DNA of 32,000 bases from Candidatus Baldrarchaeum yapensis (GTDB lineage: Archaea > Asgardarchaeota > Baldrarchaeia > Baldrarchaeales > Baldrarchaeaceae): contig JAEOSH010000006.1 of assembly GCA_016840465.1 (NCBI GenBank), positions 30,001-62,000 of the forward strand, given 5' to 3'. Under the pieces are notes generated by a model that did not search any database, was not told the DNA's origin, and saw nothing but the letters and a program-made list of their open reading frames with translations. Both the position numbers and the translations under genes were made by a program. Of this stretch, positions 17,009 to 25,608 are shown in pieces (the stretch's first letter is position 1; the number at the start of each line of letters is the position of its first letter).

Positions 17009-18244
17009 ATGGGGGCCGGAGATTTTAGAAGTGTGGAAGAACTCCTAAAGGCACATGGCAAACCTCCTAGAGAAGTATATCTCGATTGTGAGAATTCTCC
17101 TTGGGTCCCTCCCGAAGTCATTGACGCGATGCTTCCGTACTTTAATACCATCGGATATGGAAACCCCTTGATAACACATAAGGCCGGTTGGGAAGCTTAT
17201 GAGGCGTATAGAAGGGCCCTCATACAAATAGCTCGCCCGATAAATGCCGATCCCCAGCAATTCATCATCACCCACAGCGGGACTGAAGCAAACAATCTCG
17301 CAATCAAGGGGTATGTTCTCGCAAACAAAGATAAGGGAAGGAAAATAGTTGTATCGGAAATAGAGCATTTAAGCGTAATTTTCACAGCGGAGTACCTTAA
17401 AAACTGCGGATTTGAGGTCGTTAAGGTTCCGGTCGACGCAGAGGGTTTCATAGATCTCGAAAAACTGGCGGATATTGTCGATAGAGAAACCATTCTCGTG
17501 AGTATTATGTTGGTCAATCACGAAATAGGGACAATAGAACCCCTCAGGGAGGCCGTGGAAGTAGTAAAGGACAAAAACCCTGATGTGGTCTTCCACACGG
17601 ATGCTGCGGATGCGTACGGCAAAATAAAATTTGACGTGGAGAAACTTGGAGTTGATATGGTTTCACTAAGCGCCCGCAAAATTTATGGGCCAAGAGGAGT
17701 AGGTGCGCTTTATGTAAGAGAGGGAATAAGGTTGGAAAAACTGATACATGGCCAAATAAGTATAGAGGAATTATGGCCGGGGGTCGAGAACGTACCGCTG
17801 GTTATGGGTTTCGCAAAAGCAAGTGAACTTATATTCAAAGATTTTGACAGGAACGTCAGCCACATGAGAAAACTAAGGGACATGCTCATAGACGGCATAT
17901 TATCATCAATCCCGTACACTTTCCTTAATGGGCCAAAGGGGGATAGAAGAGCGCCGGATAACGTTAACATAAGCTTTCTCTACTGCGAAGGCGAGGCCAT
18001 GGTGATAGAGTTAAGCACGCACGGAGTTTATGTATCCAGTGGAAGCGCGTGTGCAAGCCGAATGTTGGAACCAAGTCACGTTCTCCTCGCCATAGGGCGA
18101 AAATTTGAAGAAGTGCACGGAAGTCTGCTGATGAAGGTGACGCCATATCACACAGTTGAAGATATAAAGTACGTATTAGAAGTATTGCCGAAGGCGGTAG
18201 AAAGAATAAGGAGTATAAGTGCACTTAAGCCCGAAGGTGATTGA
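17009..18244 (+). CDS. iscS: IscS/NifS-like PLP protein (divergent cysteine desulfurase family)
   Basis: YLD, GNP, TEANNLAIKG, EH, HTDA, RKIYGPRGVG (PLP Lys), SSGSAC (catalytic Cys), LEPSHVL. Likely start ATG 17009; the ORF track starts at 16958. Several ligand residues are substituted. Confidence 0.88.
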   Translation: MGAGDFRSVEELLKAHGKPPREVYLDCENSPWVPPEVIDAMLPYFNTIGYGNPLITHKAGWEAYEAYRRALIQIARPINADPQQFIITHSGTEANNLAIKGYVLANKDKGRKIVVSEIEHLSVIFTAEYLKNCGFEVVKVPVDAEGFIDLEKLADIVDRETILVSIMLVNHEIGTIEPLREAVEVVKDKNPDVVFHTDAADAYGKIKFDVEKLGVDMVSLSARKIYGPRGVGALYVREGIRLEKLIHGQISIEELWPGVENVPLVMGFAKASELIFKDFDRNVSHMRKLRDMLIDGILSSIPYTFLNGPKGDRRAPDNVNISFLYCEGEAMVIELSTHGVYVSSGSACASRMLEPSHVLLAIGRKFEEVHGSLLMKVTPYHTVEDIKYVLEVLPKAVERIRSISALKPEGD

Positions 18245-18760
18245 ATGCCAACGAAAAGGATCCCACTTCCCTATAGCCCAAAGGTGTTAGAATACTTCAG
18301 AAACCCCAAAAATTTGGGCCCGCTCGAAGATGCAAGCGTTGTTGCGATGGCAGGTAGTCCCGCGTGCGGCGATATGATCGCAATATACCTCAAAGTCAAC
18401 GACGAAAGCGAAATCATAGAAAAAGCAACATTCGAAAGCTACGGGTGTGCAGCCAACATAGCGGCAGCGAGTGTCATGACAGAAATGATAACGGGCAAGA
18501 CGCTAAAGGAAGCTTGGAATCTTACATGGAAGGACTTGTCCGATGCATTGGGCGGCCTCCCCTCTATAAAGTTTCACTGTGGAATACTCGCGGTTGGGGC
18601 TTTACGCAGAGCAATAAGAGAGTACTATAGGAAAAAGGGTAAAAATCCCGACTGGTTGCCTGAGGATCTTACAAAAGAAGAAAAAATGGCGCTCGAGGAG
18701 GAAGAACTGGTAAAACGGTTGCAAAAACGATACGAGAGAATGCTGAAACGGGGTGAATGA
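18245..18760 (+). CDS. iscU: IscU/NifU-like Fe-S cluster scaffold with charged C-terminal extension
   Basis: YSPKVLEYFRNPKN, PACGD, YGC, LPSIKFHC. Starts immediately after the iscS stop. Confidence 0.93.
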   Translation: MPTKRIPLPYSPKVLEYFRNPKNLGPLEDASVVAMAGSPACGDMIAIYLKVNDESEIIEKATFESYGCAANIAAASVMTEMITGKTLKEAWNLTWKDLSDALGGLPSIKFHCGILAVGALRRAIREYYRKKGKNPDWLPEDLTKEEKMALEEEELVKRLQKRYERMLKRGE

Positions 18761-18763
18761 CAA

Positions 18764-19036
18764 GTGGGCCTAGTGGACGAGTTTGTGAAGAATTACACGA
18801 AGAGTTGTACTGCGGAAACGACGTATACCGTTACGCTCAAGTGGGACAAGATTGATGACGCCTATCGGAGAATCTTAAGTAAGGGTAAGGTTATTTCAAA
18901 GATGCCCATGTTAACCCGCGTCGTCTACGAAGGTGTGGAGATAACGCTTTTCAGAACGGGAAAAATGGTTATTAAAAAACTTGGTGATCGCGATATAAGG
19001 GAATTTTTGGAGAATCTTCTCTCGGATAGCGGCTGA
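18764..19036 (+). CDS. Small hypothetical protein (ITLFRTGKMVIK motif; TBP-half/ThiF-C-terminal-like fold suspected)
   Basis: GTG start after GGGGTGA, 3 nt after the iscU stop. 90 aa with typical codon usage. Confidence 0.7.
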   Translation: MGLVDEFVKNYTKSCTAETTYTVTLKWDKIDDAYRRILSKGKVISKMPMLTRVVYEGVEITLFRTGKMVIKKLGDRDIREFLENLLSDSG

Positions 19037-19044
19037 CTTTTCAA

Positions 19045-19057
19045 GAAATCATTAAAT
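19045..19057 (+). promoter_or_regulatory. Putative BRE-TATA for the 4Fe-4S gene trio
   Basis: GAAATCATTAAAT lies about 35 nt upstream of ATG 19092. Confidence 0.4.
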
Positions 19058-19091
19058 TATCCGTGGCGACTATTTCTCAGTGGGGAGAAGT

Positions 19092-19910
19092 ATGTGTGAC
19101 TGGTGCATTAAGCACGGAGAAGGTAAACTATGGTATTTAAACGCGAAAAACTACGCCAGAAAAATGTATCGAGAGAGAAAAAGAGCGGAACTTACCGGAA
19201 AGGTGGAATTTGATCCGCTCAAATTAATAATGGAGCAGCTTGAGAACGCACTTAAGTATTACGGCACCGAACGCTGGCCAACCATAAAAAAGCAAATAGA
19301 AAACTTCTGCCACGCGGTGCACTTTGGCCAGGTGGTGCCACTTGAAGACCTAAAAGCGATCCTTGACATCGCATGGCCTATTGCGAGAATAACATGCGCA
19401 TGTAGACGCATGGTTTATGGACTTGAAGATGAAGAGAACTTCTACTGTTTCGGGATAGGCGTCGGGATGTATAAGTGGGAGCGCTGGCCCGAAAATTACA
19501 GAGGTGGTGTGGAGTTCATATCCCCCGATGAGGCCAAGAGGCTTGTGGAGGAGTTCAACAAAAAGGGACTTGTGCACACAATTTGGGTTTTCGGAACTCC
19601 CTACATAGGAGGAATATGCAACTGTGAATACCCCGTTTGTCTCGGAATAAGAAACCGTGTGGACTACGGGATCAAAATATTACTAAAGGGACATTACGTA
19701 GCGGTTCTGGATCCGGAAAAGTGCAACGGTTGTAGAAGATGTGTAGCGAGATGCCAATTCGGGGCGATAAAATACTCCCCCAGCATGAATAAAGTTGTCA
19801 TAGATATGAAGAAGTGCTTCGGATGCGGGTTGTGTGTCACCGCCTGTCCTCGTGGAGCAATCAGACTTGAAAGGAGAGAGAAGTTCCCAGCAATAGCGAA
19901 TGACTGGTAG
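19092..19910 (+). CDS. 4Fe-4S dicluster protein with Cys-rich N-terminal domain
   Basis: CNGCRRCVARC and CFGCGLCVTAC ferredoxin motifs, plus CDWC, CACRR and CNCEYPVC. ATG 19092 follows GGGGAGA; the ORF track uses GTG 19080. Confidence 0.88.
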   Translation: MCDWCIKHGEGKLWYLNAKNYARKMYRERKRAELTGKVEFDPLKLIMEQLENALKYYGTERWPTIKKQIENFCHAVHFGQVVPLEDLKAILDIAWPIARITCACRRMVYGLEDEENFYCFGIGVGMYKWERWPENYRGGVEFISPDEAKRLVEEFNKKGLVHTIWVFGTPYIGGICNCEYPVCLGIRNRVDYGIKILLKGHYVAVLDPEKCNGCRRCVARCQFGAIKYSPSMNKVVIDMKKCFGCGLCVTACPRGAIRLERREKFPAIANDW

Positions 19911-19919
19911 GTGAACCGG

Positions 19920-20150
19920 ATGCCGATAAGGATAGAAGTGGACACCGAGAAATGTGGAAACGCAATGGAGTGCAAGATTTGTCTCAGAGTTTGTCCTCAG
20001 AGAGTTTTTATGATGTTCCCAAGCACCTATGAGAAGTACAAGTTATCAGAGAGGTTTTATATACGCCCGGTCCATGCAGTTGCCTGCGTGCTTTGTAATT
20101 TATGTGTGGAAAAATGTCCTAAGGGCGCAATAAGGATAATAACGCAGTAG
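19920..20150 (+). CDS. Ferredoxin (2x[4Fe-4S]-type)
   Basis: CGNAMECKICLRVCP and CVLCNLCVEKCP. ATG 5 nt after GGTGA. Confidence 0.88.
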   Translation: MPIRIEVDTEKCGNAMECKICLRVCPQRVFMMFPSTYEKYKLSERFYIRPVHAVACVLCNLCVEKCPKGAIRIITQ

Positions 20151-20159
20151 GTGAGACAT

Positions 20160-20732
20160 ATGACCACAGAGGGGGAATTATACGACTATTATCTGCCGGA
20201 TGAGTTATTAGCCACAATAAGGGAAAAATTCGACGTGAAAACTCTGGTGAGGGAACTTGTGGAAAAATGCAGAGGAAAAGACCCAACGGAGATCGAAAAA
20301 CTGGCATCTCAAATTTTAGGCGAAAGGTTGAAGGAATCCATTAAGGCGGCGATAGAGGTGGGGGAAAAGGTACTGGACAGGACCGCAGAGTGGATTTACA
20401 AGGTGGCCCAGAAGACCGGAATAAGGTTTCCGAGTGTACCTCAAAGATTCATAGAAGCCCATTTTATGGCAGCAAGAAAAAATGATAAATATGAAATACG
20501 CGCCAGTACACCATCTTTTATGGAATTTGAAGTCAAAAGATGTGAAATTTTTGATTTGCTGAGAAAATCTCTTGGCGATGATGCAATGAGGTCAATGCCT
20601 TGTCGCTATGGATGCATATTAGCATCAAAAACGTTATTCGAAGCGCTAAAATTTGATGTAGAGATACTAAGACATTCTGAGATGTCCAAGGACGGAAAAT
20701 GCAGAATAGAAATTAAGTTGAAGAGTGGTTAA
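20160..20732 (+). CDS. Hypothetical protein with C-terminal V4R/ATC-hydrolase-like Cys domain
   Basis: FEVKRC...PCRYGC...GKCRIEI pattern. ATG 5 nt after GGTGA, coupled to the ferredoxin stop. Confidence 0.65.
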   Translation: MTTEGELYDYYLPDELLATIREKFDVKTLVRELVEKCRGKDPTEIEKLASQILGERLKESIKAAIEVGEKVLDRTAEWIYKVAQKTGIRFPSVPQRFIEAHFMAARKNDKYEIRASTPSFMEFEVKRCEIFDLLRKSLGDDAMRSMPCRYGCILASKTLFEALKFDVEILRHSEMSKDGKCRIEIKLKSG

Positions 20733-20754
20733 AAAGAAAGGAGCAAATAACAAT

Positions 20755-22395
20755 TTACTCCAACTTTAGTGTCTTGTACTGCTCTATAAGTTTCATTACA
20801 TCTATTTTTCCGGTTCCGGTTTTTGGAAGTGACTCAACGAATATGAATCTATCAGGTATCCACCACTTCGCGACTTTGCCCTCTTCCGACAGTTTCAGCA
20901 TGAAATTCCTCATCTCATCCTCAGTTATCTTATCTTTATATTCGGGCTTCGGAACTATTACTGCAATAGGCCTTTCTCCCCATTTCTCGTGAGGTACGGG
21001 AATCACCGCTACCTCAGAAACCGCAGGATGTGTGCTTAGCAGGTCTTCTAATATCAATGGAGATATCCATTCTCCTCCACTCTTTATCACGAACTTCAAT
21101 CTTCCAACTATCTGTATGTATCCATCCTCGTCCCAGACACCAACGTCACCCGTATGCAGCCATCCGTCCTTCCATAACTCTCTCGTCTTTTCAGGGTCCT
21201 TATAATACTCGCGTGTGCACCATGGTGCCCGTACTACAATCTCTCCGACAGTCTTTCCATCTTTAGGTACTTCTTCTCCCTTCTCATTCACAACCCTTAC
21301 CTTTACTAATGGGAATGGAATTCCCGTCTTAAGTGTGACTTCAAATTTCTTATCCTCCGGCCATTCAAGCATGTGTTCCTTATATCCGGCAATTGTGAGT
21401 GCTGGGCACGTTTCAGAGAGTCCGTATGCGGAAATTACCTTCATTCCCAGTTCTCTAGCCCGCTTGGCTAATCCTCTTGGAAGGGCTGCACCTCCAATTA
21501 TCATTTTCAGTCTTGAGAACACGTCTCTATATTCTTCGGCTTTTGGATGATAAACTAGCGCATGTAGGATTGTTGGTACGCCATATGTATAGGTGACGCC
21601 TTCCTTTCGCATAAGCTCGAGTATTAAGTCCCATTCGTATCTACCAGGTAAAACGAACTTTACTCCCATAAAGGCCGCGGTGTATGGCATACCCCAAGAG
21701 TGTACATGGAAGAACGGTACAAGTGGCATTACTACATCTTGAGAAGTCAGATTAAATTCTCCGGGGAAGAGCGACGCAAGTCCAAGAGCCAACGAATGTA
21801 ACGTTATTTGTCTGTGCGTGAAGATGACTCCCTTTGGAAGTCCCGTGGTTCCTGATGTGTAGAAGAGTGTAGCATCGGTGTTTTCATCCAAATCAGGGAA
21901 TTCATAGTCAGGCGATGCTTCCTTAACAAGTGATTCATAATCATAAGCGGGTTCTAGCTTAGTTTCCGGAAACGTTCCAGTATCCGATGTAATTATAAAT
22001 GCTTTCAGGCTCTTGGGAAGCATATCCTTTACTCTTTCGACTATTGGCAGGAATTCGTCCCTTATTACAAGAACATCATCCTCGGCATGCTTCATGGTAT
22101 ACAGGAGGTGTTCTGGGGGCAAACGCAGGTTTATGGTGTGGAGTATAGCGCCCATCATAGGAACCGCAAAGTACAACTCAAGGTACCTATGTGTGTCCCA
22201 GTCGAGTACTGCTACTTTCGTCCCTCTTTTAACCCCGATCTCCTCGAGTGCGTTTGCAAGTCTCTTTATTCTCTCGTAAAACTGGGACCAAGTATACCTA
22301 ACAAGGTCTCTATATACAACCTCTTTATTTGGTGCCCGATTAATACCCCACTCGAGGAGGTTTTTTATTATCAACTGGTAGTTGTACGCACTCAA
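20755..22395 (-). CDS. Long/medium-chain fatty acid--CoA ligase (AMP-forming, AlkK/DmdB-like)
   Basis: YTSGTTGLPKG, YGLSET, GWLHTGDVG, IKSGGEWI, LPKTGTGKI. TTG start with SD GAGGGAG. Confidence 0.95.
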   Translation of the reverse strand: MSAYNYQLIIKNLLEWGINRAPNKEVVYRDLVRYTWSQFYERIKRLANALEEIGVKRGTKVAVLDWDTHRYLELYFAVPMMGAILHTINLRLPPEHLLYTMKHAEDDVLVIRDEFLPIVERVKDMLPKSLKAFIITSDTGTFPETKLEPAYDYESLVKEASPDYEFPDLDENTDATLFYTSGTTGLPKGVIFTHRQITLHSLALGLASLFPGEFNLTSQDVVMPLVPFFHVHSWGMPYTAAFMGVKFVLPGRYEWDLILELMRKEGVTYTYGVPTILHALVYHPKAEEYRDVFSRLKMIIGGAALPRGLAKRARELGMKVISAYGLSETCPALTIAGYKEHMLEWPEDKKFEVTLKTGIPFPLVKVRVVNEKGEEVPKDGKTVGEIVVRAPWCTREYYKDPEKTRELWKDGWLHTGDVGVWDEDGYIQIVGRLKFVIKSGGEWISPLILEDLLSTHPAVSEVAVIPVPHEKWGERPIAVIVPKPEYKDKITEDEMRNFMLKLSEEGKVAKWWIPDRFIFVESLPKTGTGKIDVMKLIEQYKTLKLE

Positions 22396-22443
22396 GCGAA
22401 CTCCCTCACTCTGTGATTCATGACGATGTAAAGCTAATTATGA

Positions 22444-22456
22444 ATTATAAATTTTC
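22444..22456 (-). promoter_or_regulatory. BRE-TATA promoter of the acyl-CoA ligase
   Basis: The minus strand reads GAAAATTTATAAT, about 50 nt upstream of the TTG start. Confidence 0.55.
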
Positions 22457-22530
22457 CGGGGAAAACATAATATACGGATTTAGCTAACGCCATGCGATCT
22501 ACAACATAATATTGTCGAAGAACTATCAAT

Positions 22531-22956
22531 CTACTGGAGGAAGTCTTTGAGCACCTCTCGTATTCTTTCTGCGTACTTCTCTCTTTCTTCAAGGCTTATC
22601 TTCTCCCTATTGACAATCTTGAGACTAACACCCCTATATCTGGGTATTACGTGGAAGTGGAAGTGAAATACCTCCTGCCCACCACCCCTCTCATTCGTCT
22701 GGAAGAAACTCAATCCATCAGCGTTAAGAGCCTTACGCGCGGCCATTCCTATTCTTTTCGCCATTACAATGACATATGCGAGAAGGTCATCAGGAACCTC
22801 ATATATATTCTCATAATGTTGCTTTGTCACAACAAGCAGATGACCGGGTGATGCTGGTGCCATGTCCATAAATGCAACTATTTTATCGTCTTCGTAGACG
22901 AATGCAGCCTCCGCCTCTTTCCTTACTATTTTACAGAAGATGCAACCCTCCGACAA
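22531..22956 (-). CDS. HIT family nucleotide hydrolase (Hint-like)
   Basis: CIFCKI, PASPGHLLV and the histidine triad HFHFHVIPR. Confidence 0.95.
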   Translation of the reverse strand: MSEGCIFCKIVRKEAEAAFVYEDDKIVAFMDMAPASPGHLLVVTKQHYENIYEVPDDLLAYVIVMAKRIGMAARKALNADGLSFFQTNERGGGQEVFHFHFHVIPRYRGVSLKIVNREKISLEEREKYAERIREVLKDFLQ

Positions 22957-22977
22957 CTACATCACCCGCACAAAATC

Positions 22978-23823
22978 CTAAACGTACTTAGAAAGATCCC
23001 TTAAAAACCCAACCTTTCTCACGCAACCGTGAAACGTCCATTCGTGATTCCCGTACTTCCTTTTCTCTAATTCTGTAGCAAACTCTTCCTCTTCATCCTT
23101 TAATTCTGACTCTACAAATTCTACATTAAGCGCATCGGAAAATCCCCGTATTAATGCTTTAAGCACAGTATCCGTGTCAACATCTACCCCTAAGTCCTTA
23201 AGCGATACTATGCTTTTCTTCAAATCGTCTAAAGTCGTCCCACTGGGGACTTTTATGACCTCATACCAATCTTCGGGCCTGAAGCCGATAAGCAAAGTTC
23301 CGTGTTGCAACAAAGCTTTATGAAGTCTTCGCTGCGCACTTCCCGAAATTTTTCTCCCTTGCACCTTAATATCGCTTTGTGCTTCTCTGAAATAGCAAAG
23401 AGCATATTTCCTTGTACCACTAAAGCGTGTTCCATGAGATGCATTGATACCTAACCTTTTGAGTGCACTTATTATTCCCCTCGTAATAAAAGTAGCAGAA
23501 CCGACCACATCATTAGGCATACATGGAAAGTCTAACGGCAGAATCACACTATATGTGATTTCGAGATCCTCTGCATGTAAAAGCGCTCCTCCGCCGGTTG
23601 GTCTTCTAACGAGTTCAAAACCCTTCAATCTTATTTTTTCAATATTCACGGAATCCTCTAACTTTTGATGAAAACCTATGCTCACAGTACTCGGTCTCCA
23701 CATGTAAAACCTAATGATCGGCATGTGCTTTTCTGGTTGATAGAGTAAGAGAAGGGCTTCATCGACCGCCATGTTCCTTCGTCCCGGCATTTTGTCATGT
23801 ACTATAAGCCGAGCTTTCAGCAT
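22978..23823 (-). CDS. Lipoate--protein ligase family protein (LplA/LipM-like catalytic domain)
   Basis: NMAVDEALL, RRPTGGGALLH, LCYF, RKISGSAQRR, LQHGTL. No C-terminal LplB domain. Confidence 0.9.
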   Translation of the reverse strand: MLKARLIVHDKMPGRRNMAVDEALLLLYQPEKHMPIIRFYMWRPSTVSIGFHQKLEDSVNIEKIRLKGFELVRRPTGGGALLHAEDLEITYSVILPLDFPCMPNDVVGSATFITRGIISALKRLGINASHGTRFSGTRKYALCYFREAQSDIKVQGRKISGSAQRRLHKALLQHGTLLIGFRPEDWYEVIKVPSGTTLDDLKKSIVSLKDLGVDVDTDTVLKALIRGFSDALNVEFVESELKDEEEEFATELEKRKYGNHEWTFHGCVRKVGFLRDLSKYV

Positions 23824-23863
23824 CTTATCACCGTAAACTGATGCGAAAGCAATCGTCGGGAAA

Positions 23864-25231
23864 TTAAACGATCTCGAGCAATTTTAAATCTAGATACTCA
23901 TGCTGGGGATCAAAATAAGCATTGTATATCGGTGTCCTAGGTCTTGTTCCGTAAAGGAACACGTATCCGTGCCTATAAAAGACCCTTATTCCTCGATCCG
24001 CCATGTCTCTGAATATTTTCCTCGATTTAGAACTCTCATGTGCGAATGCAACTATTATATCATTCATTTTCCTGCCCTCGGATAGTATCCTCGTGCCCGC
24101 ACGGACACCATCTTCCATGCCAAACGTGTGTTCGAGAGCGTCGATCGAGAACATGATGGCCACATGAGGACTACGAACTTTCGCTCTCTCCGTAATGAAC
24201 GCTCGCACAAACATCTCAACATCTTCAACATCCAAGGACATCATATTCACACGATCATAAATGCTCTTTCCGAAAATCAATTCAAGTTGACGCAATGGGA
24301 ACTCCTTGTCGACATACTCGGGTGGTATGTATATTACGTCTATATTGCGTGATAGAAAACCTCTCATGTGAACCTCGGTGAGGGCGGTGAGAACACCAAC
24401 CGGGACATAAGGTCCTATTTCGTAAAATAGAAAGTTCCCGTATCTGAATAGTCCTATTGCTCTATCCAACGATAGTGATCCTGTTGTGCACCTCTCGTGC
24501 GGAATCTTCATCTTAGAAAGTACGTCTACGATCCTTTTCCCCTTTTCCTTTATTTCGCTCATACTTGGATATTTAAATCGTGTCAGCATCTCGAACCTTC
24601 CGCCACTAAGCGTAAACGCAACAACTGGATTGTTTATCTTAACGGATCTTAACTTTTCAATGACCATCTCGCGATACATGCGCCCATTTATTAACTCGTA
24701 CGTAAGACTTACAACTCCATCAGCGAGGTAATCGAGTTTCGAACTTTTCATCCGTTCGGTTATTATAACGGTCTTGATGTTCGATTTCCTTGCAAAATCG
24801 GAAAACACGTGCATGAATTCTATCTCAGAAACCTTTATGGCATCACATATTGCATCCAGCGAGTCTATGACTACTAAGGAGCGATCAACATGAGCAGTTC
24901 CACCGATTTTCGTATACAACCCTCTCAGAAAGTCAGGAAATGATGAAAACTCTAAAGCCTCATACATGCTATGTGCTCGAGGGAACGGCGTGCGTACGGC
25001 ATCTATGATGTTCTCGGGCGGAAGATATTCGCTTATATGAGGATATTGGCTCAATACAACGTCCGGGTCGACTCTCGTTGAGAGATAATAACCATATCCT
25101 CTTTCAGCAAACTCTAATAGGCACTCCATCGAGAAAAGTGTCTTCCCAGATCCGGCCTTACCTTTAACAAGCAGAATATTGTTCCCCTTTACAGAAAAGA
25201 ACCGTCTTATCTCCTCTGGCACCCTACTCAT
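23864..25231 (-). CDS. GvpD/KaiC-like RecA-superfamily ATPase (active N-domain, degenerate C-domain)
   Basis: LLVKGKAGSGKT, YLSTRV, VVIDSLDA, LDYLADGVV, IEKLRSV. The second domain starts TTGSLSLD and ends FLYGTRPRTP. Start uncertain (25231, 25243 or 25255). Confidence 0.85.
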   Translation of the reverse strand: MSRVPEEIRRFFSVKGNNILLVKGKAGSGKTLFSMECLLEFAERGYGYYLSTRVDPDVVLSQYPHISEYLPPENIIDAVRTPFPRAHSMYEALEFSSFPDFLRGLYTKIGGTAHVDRSLVVIDSLDAICDAIKVSEIEFMHVFSDFARKSNIKTVIITERMKSSKLDYLADGVVSLTYELINGRMYREMVIEKLRSVKINNPVVAFTLSGGRFEMLTRFKYPSMSEIKEKGKRIVDVLSKMKIPHERCTTGSLSLDRAIGLFRYGNFLFYEIGPYVPVGVLTALTEVHMRGFLSRNIDVIYIPPEYVDKEFPLRQLELIFGKSIYDRVNMMSLDVEDVEMFVRAFITERAKVRSPHVAIMFSIDALEHTFGMEDGVRAGTRILSEGRKMNDIIVAFAHESSKSRKIFRDMADRGIRVFYRHGYVFLYGTRPRTPIYNAYFDPQHEYLDLKLLEIV

Positions 25232-25608
25232 CTGATTCCCCATCCTTCCGACCATAACAGATGCGTATCGTCAAATTCTGAAACGACCCGTAAATAAATA
25301 TTGTTCGTGGAAATTTAGATTTTACTGGGAGAATAATACTCTGTTGCAGAGAACGGCCAGCATTGATCCGTACCACCGAGATGTTTTAGAAAACGCCGGA
25401 TCCTGACTTTTCGAAATATTAAGGCCGAGTACGGAGTTGTAATAGCAATTACGAGAGAATGTACACGAATGAGGGAAATTTGTAAAACTGTTGTCAAGTG
25501 CATATAAATTGGGTAACAAGAAAGTGTGAATTCCCCTTGAGATAAATTAAAAAATTAATGTCTCAACTTATAACGACATCTCTCTTTACTGAAGGAGAGG
25601 AGTCGGGA

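Noticed and set aside
23864-25255. Gas vesicle or circadian clock locus
   Set aside because: No gvpA/C/E/N or kaiA/B in the window. Only the ATPase fold is shared.
25256-25557. Short ORFs in the divergent intergenic region (25315-25503, 25322-25519 and plus-strand fragments)
   Set aside because: No SD, no motifs, and the frames conflict with each other. More likely promoter DNA, though a decayed gene cannot be excluded.
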